This document shows positions 9,614 to 18,036 of a stretch of DNA of 64,000 nucleotides, one piece after another (within the stretch, counting starts at the first letter, position 1; each line of letters starts with the position of its first letter). Source of the DNA: an uncultured Ruminococcus sp. (GTDB taxonomy: Bacteria; Bacillota; Clostridia; Oscillospirales; CAG-272); assembly GCA_902782445.1 (NCBI GenBank), contig CACZNC010000016.1, forward strand, positions 13,295-77,294. The letters are read 5' to 3'. The translations under genes and the position numbers were made by a program. Under the pieces are notes generated by a model. It searched no databases. It was not told the DNA's origin and saw nothing but the letters and a program-made list of their open reading frames with translations.

Positions 9614-10990
9614 ATGAACGATAACGAACACCTGCCCGATCTTCTGTCGGACGACGATCTCGCGCGGCTGGTCTCGCTGGTCCGGTCCGCCTATCCCGCT
9701 CCGCCGGACGGATTCGGCGAGGCCGTGATGAAGAAGATCCGGGACGAAAACCGGGCCCTGACCCAGCCCCAGCCGGACGCGAAGATCCTCCCCGCGGCGG
9801 ATTCCCGGAAAACGAAGAGATTCTTCGGCCCCATCCTCCGGTTCGGAGCCGCGGCAGCCTGCATCCTCTTCGTCGGAGCCGTCGCCGTGCGGATCCTTCC
9901 GACCTTCACCCGCGACCTCGCCGCCGACAAAGCCGCCCCCGCCGAAGCATCCGCCTCCGAAGCCGCCTTCGACATGGAGGCCGACGAAGCGGTCCCCGAA
10001 TCTTTTGCGGACGCCATGATCCCCGCGGAAGCCGCCGAAAATGCTGCCGGAAATATAGAATTCACGGCTAAGCCGACCGAAACCCTGGCTGATAGCCCGG
10101 CTGCCCCCGAAATGCCCGCCCCCGATCCGGGATACGACGGCAAACTCTCCGCACAGGACGCGCCCGAAGCCGTATTCGAAGCCGCCGCGGTCCCCGAAGC
10201 AGAGGCCGCGGAAGAATCCGAAACGCTCTACGGGTCATGGGAATACGCGGCGGAGGACGGAGCGTTCCCCGAAGAATCCCTCATGGCCGCGGGGCTTTCG
10301 GGATTCGGCGAAGAGGACGGCATGAGCCTCAGACTCTTCAACCTGAACGGACTCGAAGAAGAGGCGGGAGAGGCGAAGCGCATGACCTCCTCCGCGGAGA
10401 ACAGCGGCGCAAGTCTGGCCCCGGACAATGCCCCCTTCTACTACTACGTGCGGACGGAGTGCGCCCATTCTTCCGCCTTCCGCAACTCCTACCACGACAT
10501 CCCGGACGTCCTGATCGCGAAGGCCGGAGCGGACGAATTCGGCGCCTGGGCGTCGGAAGTCCAGAGGGAAGACCTCTGCGGCGTGAACATCCTGAGCTTC
10601 GCCCTGCGCTTCGGGCTGACGGCGGAGGAAATCCTCTCCACCGGCGACGTGTGGTACTACCTCGACCTGCCCGAAGATCTCGCCCTGACGGAGGAGAACG
10701 CCGCGGCCGTCGAAGCCTACTACCGGAACGGCGGAGACCCCGGCAAGATGGCTGAGCGGTATCTTGTCTACGAATGGAAGACCGCCGTGATCCGCGAAAT
10801 CGGCCTGGACTCCTATCTCGCCTGGCGCGGCCCCGAAACCGCCCTCCGCAGCTGGACCCTCGAAGAGGCCGCGGAACACTTCAACCTGTCCGACAGCACG
10901 ATGGAAAAGCTCTACCTCTCCGCCAAAGACGCGGTGATGAAGATCCTCCCCGACGCGGAAGTGCCGGAGAGAGGCGATGTAAAGGAGTGA
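9614..10990 (+). CDS. membrane protein, candidate anti-sigma factor (by position and topology only)
   Basis: 458-aa ORF with a cytoplasmic N-terminus, one TM (FFGPILRFGAAAACILFVGAVAV) and an acidic extracytoplasmic region. It lies downstream of the ECF sigma gene. No recognisable zinc-finger anti-sigma motif. Confidence 0.45.
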   Translation: MNDNEHLPDLLSDDDLARLVSLVRSAYPAPPDGFGEAVMKKIRDENRALTQPQPDAKILPAADSRKTKRFFGPILRFGAAAACILFVGAVAVRILPTFTRDLAADKAAPAEASASEAAFDMEADEAVPESFADAMIPAEAAENAAGNIEFTAKPTETLADSPAAPEMPAPDPGYDGKLSAQDAPEAVFEAAAVPEAEAAEESETLYGSWEYAAEDGAFPEESLMAAGLSGFGEEDGMSLRLFNLNGLEEEAGEAKRMTSSAENSGASLAPDNAPFYYYVRTECAHSSAFRNSYHDIPDVLIAKAGADEFGAWASEVQREDLCGVNILSFALRFGLTAEEILSTGDVWYYLDLPEDLALTEENAAAVEAYYRNGGDPGKMAERYLVYEWKTAVIREIGLDSYLAWRGPETALRSWTLEEAAEHFNLSDSTMEKLYLSAKDAVMKILPDAEVPERGDVKE

Positions 10991-11071
10991 GAAGTGGTTA
11001 GCGGTTAGTGGCTAGCAGAACGAAATGAGGAATTAAGAGTAATTCAGAATTCAGAATTATGAATGATGAAT

Positions 11072-11087
11072 TGTTTCACGTGAAACA
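11072..11087. promoter_or_regulatory. parS: parS-type 16-mer, perfect TGTTTCACGTGAAACA
   Basis: Exact read; R06. Confidence 0.65.
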
Positions 11088-11092
11088 AAACG

Positions 11093-11140
11093 CCGTCAGA
11101 GAAGAACTTTCGGGTTCGACCCTGACGGTTTTTGATTTTG
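11093..11140 (+). terminator. terminator-like hairpin inside repeat module I
   Basis: CCGTCAG...CTGACGG followed by TTTTTGATTTT. Lies between two parS sites after the plus-strand ORF ending at 10990. Confidence 0.55.
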
Positions 11141-11182
11141 TGAGACGATGCTAAAATCTGCGTGTCCTTCACGAAAACGGAA

Positions 11183-11198
11183 TGTTTCACGTGAAACA
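11183..11198. promoter_or_regulatory. parS: parS-type 16-mer, perfect TGTTTCACGTGAAACA
   Basis: Exact read; R06. Confidence 0.65.
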
Positions 11199-11498
11199 GT
11201 GCGGGAAAACGACCGGGGAAAGCCCCCTTTTCCATGCGCGCCTGAATCTCCGCCGCAAGGCCGCAGGATTTATCCTGCGCACGGGTTCGACTGCACGCCG
11301 GAGACCGCGCGGGGTTGGCCTCATGTTCCGGCTCGTTCAATCTGCAATCTGCAAGAGCGCGCGGGGACGCAGTTCATTCATCAGCCAAAAGAACGCGCGT
11401 CCCATCCATTCCAGCGGAAGCGCTCCCATCTAAAAACCCAAACACCTCCGCCGAACTCCACCCCGCCGCGGACCTCCAAACGGATAAACCCGAAAAAC

Positions 11499-12809
11499 TC
11501 AAGCCTCCGTCAGAAACTCCGCCTTTTCGTGATTTCTCACGCAGCCTTCGGTGATGACGACCTTCTTCACGTCCTTCCGGGAGGGGAGCTCGAACATGAT
11601 ATCCGTCATCGTCTCCTCGAGGATCGACCGCAGGCCCCGGGCTCCCGTGTTCCGCTCGATGGCGAGGGCCGCCACCGCCTTCATCGCCTCCGGGGTGAAG
11701 GTCAACTCCGCCCCGTCCATCCGGAAGAGCTCGGCGTACTGCTTCGCCAGGGAATTCCTCGGCTCGGTCAGGATCCGCACCAGCGCGTCCTCGTCCAGGT
11801 TTTCGAGGCCTACGATCACCGGCAGACGCCCCACCAGTTCCGGGATCAGGCCGTACTTCACGATATCGTGGGCGGTCACGTCCTTGAAGATCCCGTCCGC
11901 CCGCTTCTCTTCCTTCTTCCGGATGTCGGAGCGGAAGCCGATGGACGCCCGGCCCTTCCGCGCTTCGATGATCTGATCCAGATTGTCGAAGGCGCCGCCG
12001 CAGATAAAGAGGATGTTCTCCGTGTTGATCTGGATGAACTCCTGATTCGGGTGCTTCCGGCCTCCCTGGGGGGGTACGTTGGCCACCGTGCCCTCGAGGA
12101 TCTTCAACAGAGCCTGCTGCACGCCCTCGCCCGAGACGTCCCGGGTGATGGAACGGTTCTCGGACCGGCGGGAGATCTTGTCGATCTCGTCGATATAGAT
12201 GATCCCCCGCTCGGCCAGCTCGATGTCGTAGTCCGCCGCCTGGATCAGCCGCAGAAGGATGTTCTCCACGTCCTCGCCCACGTACCCGGCTTCCGTCAGG
12301 GTCGTGGCGTCCGCGATGGCGAAGGGGACTTCGAGGGTCTTCGCCAGCGTCTGGGCCAGGAAGGTCTTGCCGACGCCGGTGGGACCGATCAGAAGGACGT
12401 TGCTCTTCTGGATCTCCACGGCCTCCGGCGCGTTGTCGGCGTTTTCGGCGGGATCCGCTTTTCTGACCCGCTTCTTCCGCTTGTCGGCGTTCTCGCGGTT
12501 GACCAGCCGCTTGTAGTGGTTGTAGACGGCCACGGACAGCGCGATCTTCGCCTTGTCCTGCCCGATCACGTACTCGTCGAGGGTCGCTTTGAGCTCGGCG
12601 GGAGTGGGGAGGGGACGGCCGGAGAGCGGTTCGGCGGGCGCGGCGTTCAGGTGCTCGGAGATGATGTCGTTGCAGGCGTCGATGCACTTGTCGCAGATAT
12701 ACGCCCCCGTGGGGGAGGGGATCAGGAAATCGACCTGGGATTCGCTCCGGCCGCAGAAGGAGCAGCTGCGCTCGACCCGGAGCTTGCCCCCGTTTCGGTT
12801 CGTCGGCAT
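11499..12809 (-). CDS. clpX: ATP-dependent Clp protease ATP-binding subunit ClpX
   Basis: Zinc ribbon [28 protein letters not shown] and Walker [13 protein letters not shown] prefer ATG at 12809 (AAGGA Shine-Dalgarno) to the TTG at 12830. Confidence 0.95.
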   Translation of the reverse strand: MPTNRNGGKLRVERSCSFCGRSESQVDFLIPSPTGAYICDKCIDACNDIISEHLNAAPAEPLSGRPLPTPAELKATLDEYVIGQDKAKIALSVAVYNHYKRLVNRENADKRKKRVRKADPAENADNAPEAVEIQKSNVLLIGPTGVGKTFLAQTLAKTLEVPFAIADATTLTEAGYVGEDVENILLRLIQAADYDIELAERGIIYIDEIDKISRRSENRSITRDVSGEGVQQALLKILEGTVANVPPQGGRKHPNQEFIQINTENILFICGGAFDNLDQIIEARKGRASIGFRSDIRKKEEKRADGIFKDVTAHDIVKYGLIPELVGRLPVIVGLENLDEDALVRILTEPRNSLAKQYAELFRMDGAELTFTPEAMKAVAALAIERNTGARGLRSILEETMTDIMFELPSRKDVKKVVITEGCVRNHEKAEFLTEA

Positions 12810-12813
12810 ATCC

Positions 12814-13398
12814 TTACCCCCGATTGGCAATCACGCGGTCCACGAGGCCGTATGCCAGCGCTTCCTCGGCGGTCATGAAATTGTCGCGCTCGGTGTCGGC
12901 GGCGATGACCTCCACGGGCTTCCCGGTGTTCGCGGCAAGGATCTTGTTGAGCCGGTCCTTGATCTTCAGGATGTGCTCGGCCTGGATCTGAATGTCGGTG
13001 GCCTGCCCCTGGGAACCGCCGGAGGGCTGGTGGATCATGATCTCGGAATTGGGGAGAGCGAGCCGTTTCCCCTTCGCGCCGGAGGAGAGCAGGAATGCCC
13101 CCATCGACGCGGCCATCCCCACGCAGATCGTGGAGACGTCGCACTTGATGAAGTTCATGGTGTCGTAAATGGCGAGCCCCGCCGTGACGGATCCGCCGGG
13201 GGAGTTGATATAGAGGGAAATGTCGGCGTCGGGGTCTTCGGATTCGAGGTAGAGCAGCTGGGCCACGACAAGGGACGCCGTGACGTCGTTGACCTCGTCC
13301 GCCAGAAAGATGATCCGCTCGTTGAGGAGCCGGGAATAGATATCGTAAGACCGTTCGCCATGATTGGTCTGCTGAACGACCATCGGGACAAGTGCCAT
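12814..13398 (-). CDS. clpP: ATP-dependent Clp protease proteolytic subunit
   Basis: [32 protein letters not shown]...[18 protein letters not shown]...[14 protein letters not shown] at 13398 with a GGAGGATC Shine-Dalgarno. Confidence 0.95.
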   Translation of the reverse strand: MALVPMVVQQTNHGERSYDIYSRLLNERIIFLADEVNDVTASLVVAQLLYLESEDPDADISLYINSPGGSVTAGLAIYDTMNFIKCDVSTICVGMAASMGAFLLSSGAKGKRLALPNSEIMIHQPSGGSQGQATDIQIQAEHILKIKDRLNKILAANTGKPVEVIAADTERDNFMTAEEALAYGLVDRVIANRG

Positions 13399-13550
13399 AT
13401 TAGATCCTCCTTTTTGGGGATGGGGTTCTGAACAGTGTATCGGGACCGCGGGGAAAATCATGCGGCCGCGGAAAGAGTTTCCCGGGAATGCCGCTTCAAA
13501 AACAGCCGCCCCCCGGATATTCCCCGGAAAGCGGCGTTCTTCCCGCGCAG

Positions 13551-14179
13551 AACGAGTTAGGAGTGGCTTGGTTAGTAGCTAGCGGCTAGTGGCTAGTAGC
13601 TAGTAGACCGCCCTCGTGAAATTAGGAATGAGGAATGAAATTCAGAATTCAGAATTATGAATTAAGAATTGTTTCACGTGAAACATTTGCCCGCCGAAAC
13701 TCCATGTTTCGCCCGGACGGTTTTCGATCGCGCGGTTCGGGCTGCATGTCGATCTGAATCTGAGTATGTGCGCGAGGACAAAGAAACAGTTTTTGCTTCC
13801 CGTCCGCGCGTCCTGTGCCCAATGCGCGCCTGAATCTCCGCCGGAGGCCAGCACGACTGCGTCGGTGCGTCAGACTTTGTCTGCGCACCACTCCAACTGC
13901 ACGAACAAAGACCGCGCGAGGACCGTGGGATGCAAGATCGAATTTCGAATACGGAACGAGCGGTAAGTTTATGCCATACGGCCAAGGACCCGCAGGGGGG
14001 ACTTCGGCCTGAGATGTTCCCCCTGCCGCCCGTCTGCGTGACTGCGTCGACGCGGCGTAGGGACATAAATCCGAAACGCGTAGCGTTTCATTCCTTATTT
14101 ACCTTCGATGAAGGTATGCTTTTCTCCGCCGACGGTCAAGAATGACCGTCGTTGCTGATTTCGTAAAGCGGAGCTTTGC
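13551..14179. repeat. R07 mosaic element: arm - parS - G(-)
   Basis: Between the tig stop and the clpP upstream region. Confidence 0.8.
13670..13685. promoter_or_regulatory. parS: parS-type 16-mer, perfect TGTTTCACGTGAAACA
   Basis: Exact read; R07. Confidence 0.65.
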
Positions 14180-15502
14180 TTACTCGGCGTCAGCCGGAGC
14201 TTCGGCGGCGGGAGCCTCTTCCGTCTCCGTTACGGAAGCCTTCTCCCGGACGAGCTCGATCGCGGCCTTGACCTTCAGGTCGGCTTCGATCGCTTCGCGT
14301 TCCACGGCTTCCTTCACCTTGTCGGCTTCCATGCCGAACTGCTCGGCGAGACGGCCGTATTCCGCTTCGATCTCCTCGTCCGTCACGGAGAGATTCTCCT
14401 TCTCCGCGATCCGCTCCAGAGCGAGACGGGTCTTTACCTGCTTCTCCGCGCTCGGACGCATCTGCTTTCTCAGCGCGTCCAGATCGAGGCCGGTGTACTG
14501 GAAATAGGTCTTGAGGTCGAGGCCGTTCATGCGGAGGCGGTTGTCGTAGTCGCGGACCTGATTCTCGGTCTCGTTCTCGAACATGCACTCGGGAATGTCC
14601 GCTTCCAGCTTCGCAATCAGGGCGTCGATCAGTTCTTCGTCCACCTTGCCGTCCGCCTGCTTCCTGTGGTCCTCTTCCAGGTGCTTCCGGATGTCCGCCT
14701 TGTACTCGTCAAGGGTGTCGAATTCCGAGACGTCCCGGGCGAATTCGTCGTCCACCACCGGCAGCTCGTTGAACTTGATGCCGTTCAGCTTCACCTTGAA
14801 GACGGCGGCCTTGCCCTTCAGATTCTCCGCCTGGTAGTCCTCCGGGAAGGTCACGTTCACGTCGAATTCCTCGCCGACGGAGTGGCCGGCGACCTGATCC
14901 TCGAAGCCCGGGATGAACTGGCCCGAGCCGAGCTTCAGCTGGTGGTTCTCCGCCTTGCCGCCCTCGAAGGGTTCGCCGTCCACGAAGCCCTCGAAGTCGA
15001 TGTTCACGAGGTCCTCGGTCTGGGCCGGGCGGTCCGTGATCTCCAGCATGCGGGAGTTGCGCATCCGCACCCGCTCGATCTCGGCCTCCACTTCCGCGTC
15101 CTCCACCTTCACGGCGGGACGGGTCACGGGGATGCCGACGTAATCGGAGATCTCGACCTGGGGCTTCACGAAATAGGTCGCGGCCAGCTCGACGCCGTTT
15201 TCGTCAATGGTGACGACTTCGAATTCCGGACGGCTCACCATGGTCTCGGTGATCTCGCCGGAGACGGAATCCCACGCGTCGGGGATGCAGTCGTTCACCG
15301 CGTCCTCGAAGAAGATCTCCTTGCCGTACATCTTCTCGATGATGGCGCGGGGAGCGTGGCCCTTGCGGAAGCCGGGGATGGTGATGCTTTTGACCTGGCG
15401 GCGGTAAACCTTGTCCACGGCCTTGTCGAAGGTCGGGCGGTCGACGGTGAAGGTGATCTTGCGCTGGTTCGCGCCGATGGTCTCCTGGGATTTCAGGCTC
15501 AT
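14180..15502 (-). CDS. tig: trigger factor
   Basis: 440-aa ORF: ...ITIPGFRKGHAPRAIIEKMYGKEIFFEDAVN... It sits upstream of clpP-clpX, the usual arrangement. Confidence 0.95.
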   Translation of the reverse strand: MSLKSQETIGANQRKITFTVDRPTFDKAVDKVYRRQVKSITIPGFRKGHAPRAIIEKMYGKEIFFEDAVNDCIPDAWDSVSGEITETMVSRPEFEVVTIDENGVELAATYFVKPQVEISDYVGIPVTRPAVKVEDAEVEAEIERVRMRNSRMLEITDRPAQTEDLVNIDFEGFVDGEPFEGGKAENHQLKLGSGQFIPGFEDQVAGHSVGEEFDVNVTFPEDYQAENLKGKAAVFKVKLNGIKFNELPVVDDEFARDVSEFDTLDEYKADIRKHLEEDHRKQADGKVDEELIDALIAKLEADIPECMFENETENQVRDYDNRLRMNGLDLKTYFQYTGLDLDALRKQMRPSAEKQVKTRLALERIAEKENLSVTDEEIEAEYGRLAEQFGMEADKVKEAVEREAIEADLKVKAAIELVREKASVTETEEAPAAEAPADAE

Positions 15503-15532
15503 TTCTGATAGTCTCCTGTAACAATTATTCAG

Positions 15533-15747
15533 ATACCGATTTCATGAACGCCCCCATGTAAGTTTTTGGGGTGTCGGGACAGCGTCCTGACCCGAAGTCC
15601 GCAGACTTCGGAACACCCTTGACTTCCAGGGAGTTCCTCTTTTGGTACTCGTGTTCAACTTGTTGAACCGGCTCCTCGATAAAGGAGAAAAGTACGACGT
15701 GAACCCCTGCAAGCACCAAATCCAGAACGAAACCACGAAATCAGTAT
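15533..15747. repeat. MITE-like element with ATACYGATTTC / GAAATCAGTAT inverted ends (copy 1)
   Basis: Shares its ends and an internal block GGAGTTCCTCTTTTGGT...CTCCTCGATAAAGGAGAAAAG.AC with 35137-35322. Lies in the tig/comM divergent spacer. Confidence 0.6.
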
Positions 15748-15844
15748 GACTTGCATAGCTCTTAATATTTTACATGGAAAAGGCCGGAATGTCAATAGTT
15801 TTGAAGGAATTTCCGTCAAAACAAAACGGATTTTCCGGCCCCCC

Positions 15845-15873
15845 TTGCTCTCCGGAAGCGTTTGTGGTAGAAT
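15845..15873 (+). promoter_or_regulatory. candidate promoter of comM
   Basis: TTGCTC, 17 nt, TGgTAGAAT. Confidence 0.45.
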
Positions 15874-15908
15874 AAAGGGGAAAAAACCCGGAAGGGGAGG
15901 CGAATCTT

Positions 15909-17495
15909 TTGGTTTCCGTCACCTATACTGCCGCTGCTTACGGCGCGGACGGCTTCGAGGTCACCGTCGAATGCACCGCGAAACGGGGGATGCCCAATTT
16001 CTCCATCGTCGGACTGCCGGACGCCGCCATCCGCGAAAGCGAAAAGCGCATCTTCACCGGCTCCGAACAGTGCGGCCTCACCATTCCCTCCGCCGATATC
16101 ATGATCAACCTCGCCCCCGCCGACAAAAAGAAAGAGGGCACCGCGATGGAGCTCGCCATCCTCGCGGCAATATATAAAGCCTGCGGCTATATCTCCGCCG
16201 AAACCGAGGACATGTCCTTCATCGGGGAGATCTCCTTCTCCGGGGATATCCGGCCCGTCCGCGGCGTCCTCGGCATGACCATCGCCGCCATCCAGAGCGG
16301 GAGGACCGAGATCTTCGTCCCCTTCGACAACCTCCGGGAAGCCTCCGTCGCCTGCCGGGAGGGCGTCAACATCTACGGCGTCGTCTCCATTTCCGCCCTC
16401 GTCGACCACCTCAGCGGGATAGAACCCCTCAAACCCGCCTCCTGCAACCCCTACGACCGCATCGAGGCATACGTCTCCCCCGACGACCTCTCCCAGATGA
16501 AGGGCCAGTACCGGGCAAAAAGAGCCATGATCACCGCCGCCGCCGGAGGACACAACATCCTCCTGATCGGCCCGCCCGGATCCGGCAAATCCATGCTCGC
16601 CAAACGCCTGCCCACCATCCTCCCCCGCATGAGCTACGAGGAGGCCCTCGAAACCACCAAGATCTGGTCCTGCGCCGGGATGCTGAACGAGGAGATCCCC
16701 TTCGTGCTGTCCCGCCCCTTCCGCTCCCCCCACCACTCCCTTTCCACCGCGGCCCTCGTCGGCGGAGGCAAGGTCCCCCAGCCCGGGGAGATCTCCCTCT
16801 CCCACAACGGCGTCCTCTTCCTCGACGAGTTCCCCGAATTCCGCAAGGACGCCCTGGAAGCCCTCCGCCAGCCCATCGAGGACAAGCAGGTCACCATCAC
16901 CCGGGCGGCGGGACGCGTCACCTTCCCCTCCTCCTTCATGATGGTCTGCGCCATGAACCCCTGCAAATGCGGGTACTACGGCAGCCGGACCGGGAAGTGC
17001 ACCTGCAAGCCCGCCGACATCCGCGCCTACCTCGCCCGGATCAGCGGCCCCATGCTGGACCGGATCGACATCCAGGTGGAAATGCCGGACCTCAATTTCG
17101 CCGAACTCTCCGACGAGACCCCCGCGGAATCCTCCGCCTCGGTCCGGGAAAAGGTGCAGGCCGCGCGAGAGGTCTCCAAATCCCGGTTCCGCCAGGCGGG
17201 ACGCGAGGACTGGGCCAGCCGCTCCAACGCCCTGATGGAGACGGAGGAGCTCAGACGCTTCTGCTCCCTCGACGAGGAATGCCGCCGGGTGATGGAGGGG
17301 GTCTTCACGAAAACCACCCTCTCCGCCCGGGCCTACGACCGGATCCTGCGCGTCGCCCGGACCCTCGCCGACCTCGAAGCCGCGGAGCGCGACGACGGTG
17401 ACAAAGAGATCGAAGGCGTCGTCGGCGGCCCCCTGAAAAAACGCCACCTCATGGAAGCCGCGCAGATGAGAGCCTTGGACAGGAAATACTGGTAA
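15909..17495 (+). CDS. comM: YifB/ComM family Mg-chelatase-like ATPase
   Basis: 528-aa ORF with a TTG start. GHNILLIGPPGSGKSMLAKRLPTILP, GEISLSHNGVLFLDEFPEF, and a ChlI/MCM-like C-terminus. Confidence 0.9.
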   Translation: MVSVTYTAAAYGADGFEVTVECTAKRGMPNFSIVGLPDAAIRESEKRIFTGSEQCGLTIPSADIMINLAPADKKKEGTAMELAILAAIYKACGYISAETEDMSFIGEISFSGDIRPVRGVLGMTIAAIQSGRTEIFVPFDNLREASVACREGVNIYGVVSISALVDHLSGIEPLKPASCNPYDRIEAYVSPDDLSQMKGQYRAKRAMITAAAGGHNILLIGPPGSGKSMLAKRLPTILPRMSYEEALETTKIWSCAGMLNEEIPFVLSRPFRSPHHSLSTAALVGGGKVPQPGEISLSHNGVLFLDEFPEFRKDALEALRQPIEDKQVTITRAAGRVTFPSSFMMVCAMNPCKCGYYGSRTGKCTCKPADIRAYLARISGPMLDRIDIQVEMPDLNFAELSDETPAESSASVREKVQAAREVSKSRFRQAGREDWASRSNALMETEELRRFCSLDEECRRVMEGVFTKTTLSARAYDRILRVARTLADLEAAERDDGDKEIEGVVGGPLKKRHLMEAAQMRALDRKYW

Positions 17496-17576
17496 TAGGA
17501 GTGGCTAGTCGAAAGTGGCTAGTGGCTAGTAGAACCGTCCGAATTAGGAATGAATTCAGAATGAAGAATTAAGAAT

Positions 17577-17592
17577 TGTTTCACGTGAAACA
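17577..17592. promoter_or_regulatory. parS: parS-type 16-mer, perfect TGTTTCACGTGAAACA
   Basis: Exact read; R08. Confidence 0.65.
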
Positions 17593-17597
17593 AAGAA

Positions 17598-17646
17598 CCG
17601 TCAGAGTGAACTTCAAGGTCCAACCCTGACGGTTTTTTTATTTTTG
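17598..17646 (+). terminator. terminator-like hairpin inside repeat module I
   Basis: CCGTCAG...CTGACGG followed by TTTTTTTATTTTT. Lies after comM and is homologous to 11093-11140. Confidence 0.6.
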
Positions 17647-17687
17647 AAACGATGCGGCTCTCTGCGTAACCTTCACGAAAAACCAAA

Positions 17688-17703
17688 TGTTTCACGTGAA
17701 ACA
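17688..17703. promoter_or_regulatory. parS: parS-type 16-mer, perfect TGTTTCACGTGAAACA
   Basis: Exact read; R08. Confidence 0.65.
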
Positions 17704-18036
17704 ATGCGGAAAAACGTGAAGAGAAGCCCCCTTTTCCATGCGCGCCTGAATCTCCGCCGCAAGGCCAGCACGACTGCGTCGGTGCGTAGGACATTGTCCT
17801 GCGCATGTTTCAGCTGCACCAACACAGACCGCGCGGGGTTGGCCTCATGTTCCGGCTCGTCCGTCTGAATCTGTCAAAGTCCGCGGGGATCGCTCCGTGT
17901 TTCAGCTTCAAGACCGCGCGACCTTTCCATCGTTGCGCAGCGGGCGGAGCGCTCCCATCAAAAAATCAAAATTCCAGCACCGCACTCCACCCCGCCGCAG
18001 GAAATCCCGCAGGAGAAAAACCATGAATCCAAAATC

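Larger units (their letters stand above)
10986..11498. repeat. R06 mosaic element: arm - parS - I - parS - F(+)
   Basis: Convergent junction between the 9614 ORF and clpX. Same architecture as R08. Confidence 0.8.
17496..18036. repeat. R08 mosaic element: arm - parS - I - parS - F(+)
   Basis: Convergent junction between comM and the 18037 ORF. Confidence 0.8.

Noticed and set aside
13560-13620. TAG-rich arms (…GCTAGTGGCTAGTAGCTAGTAG…) as DnaA-trio arrays.
   Set aside because: They are not adjacent to DnaA boxes and are not in a consistent 3-nt register. They occur at 30+ loci far from oriC. They are better explained as repeat termini.
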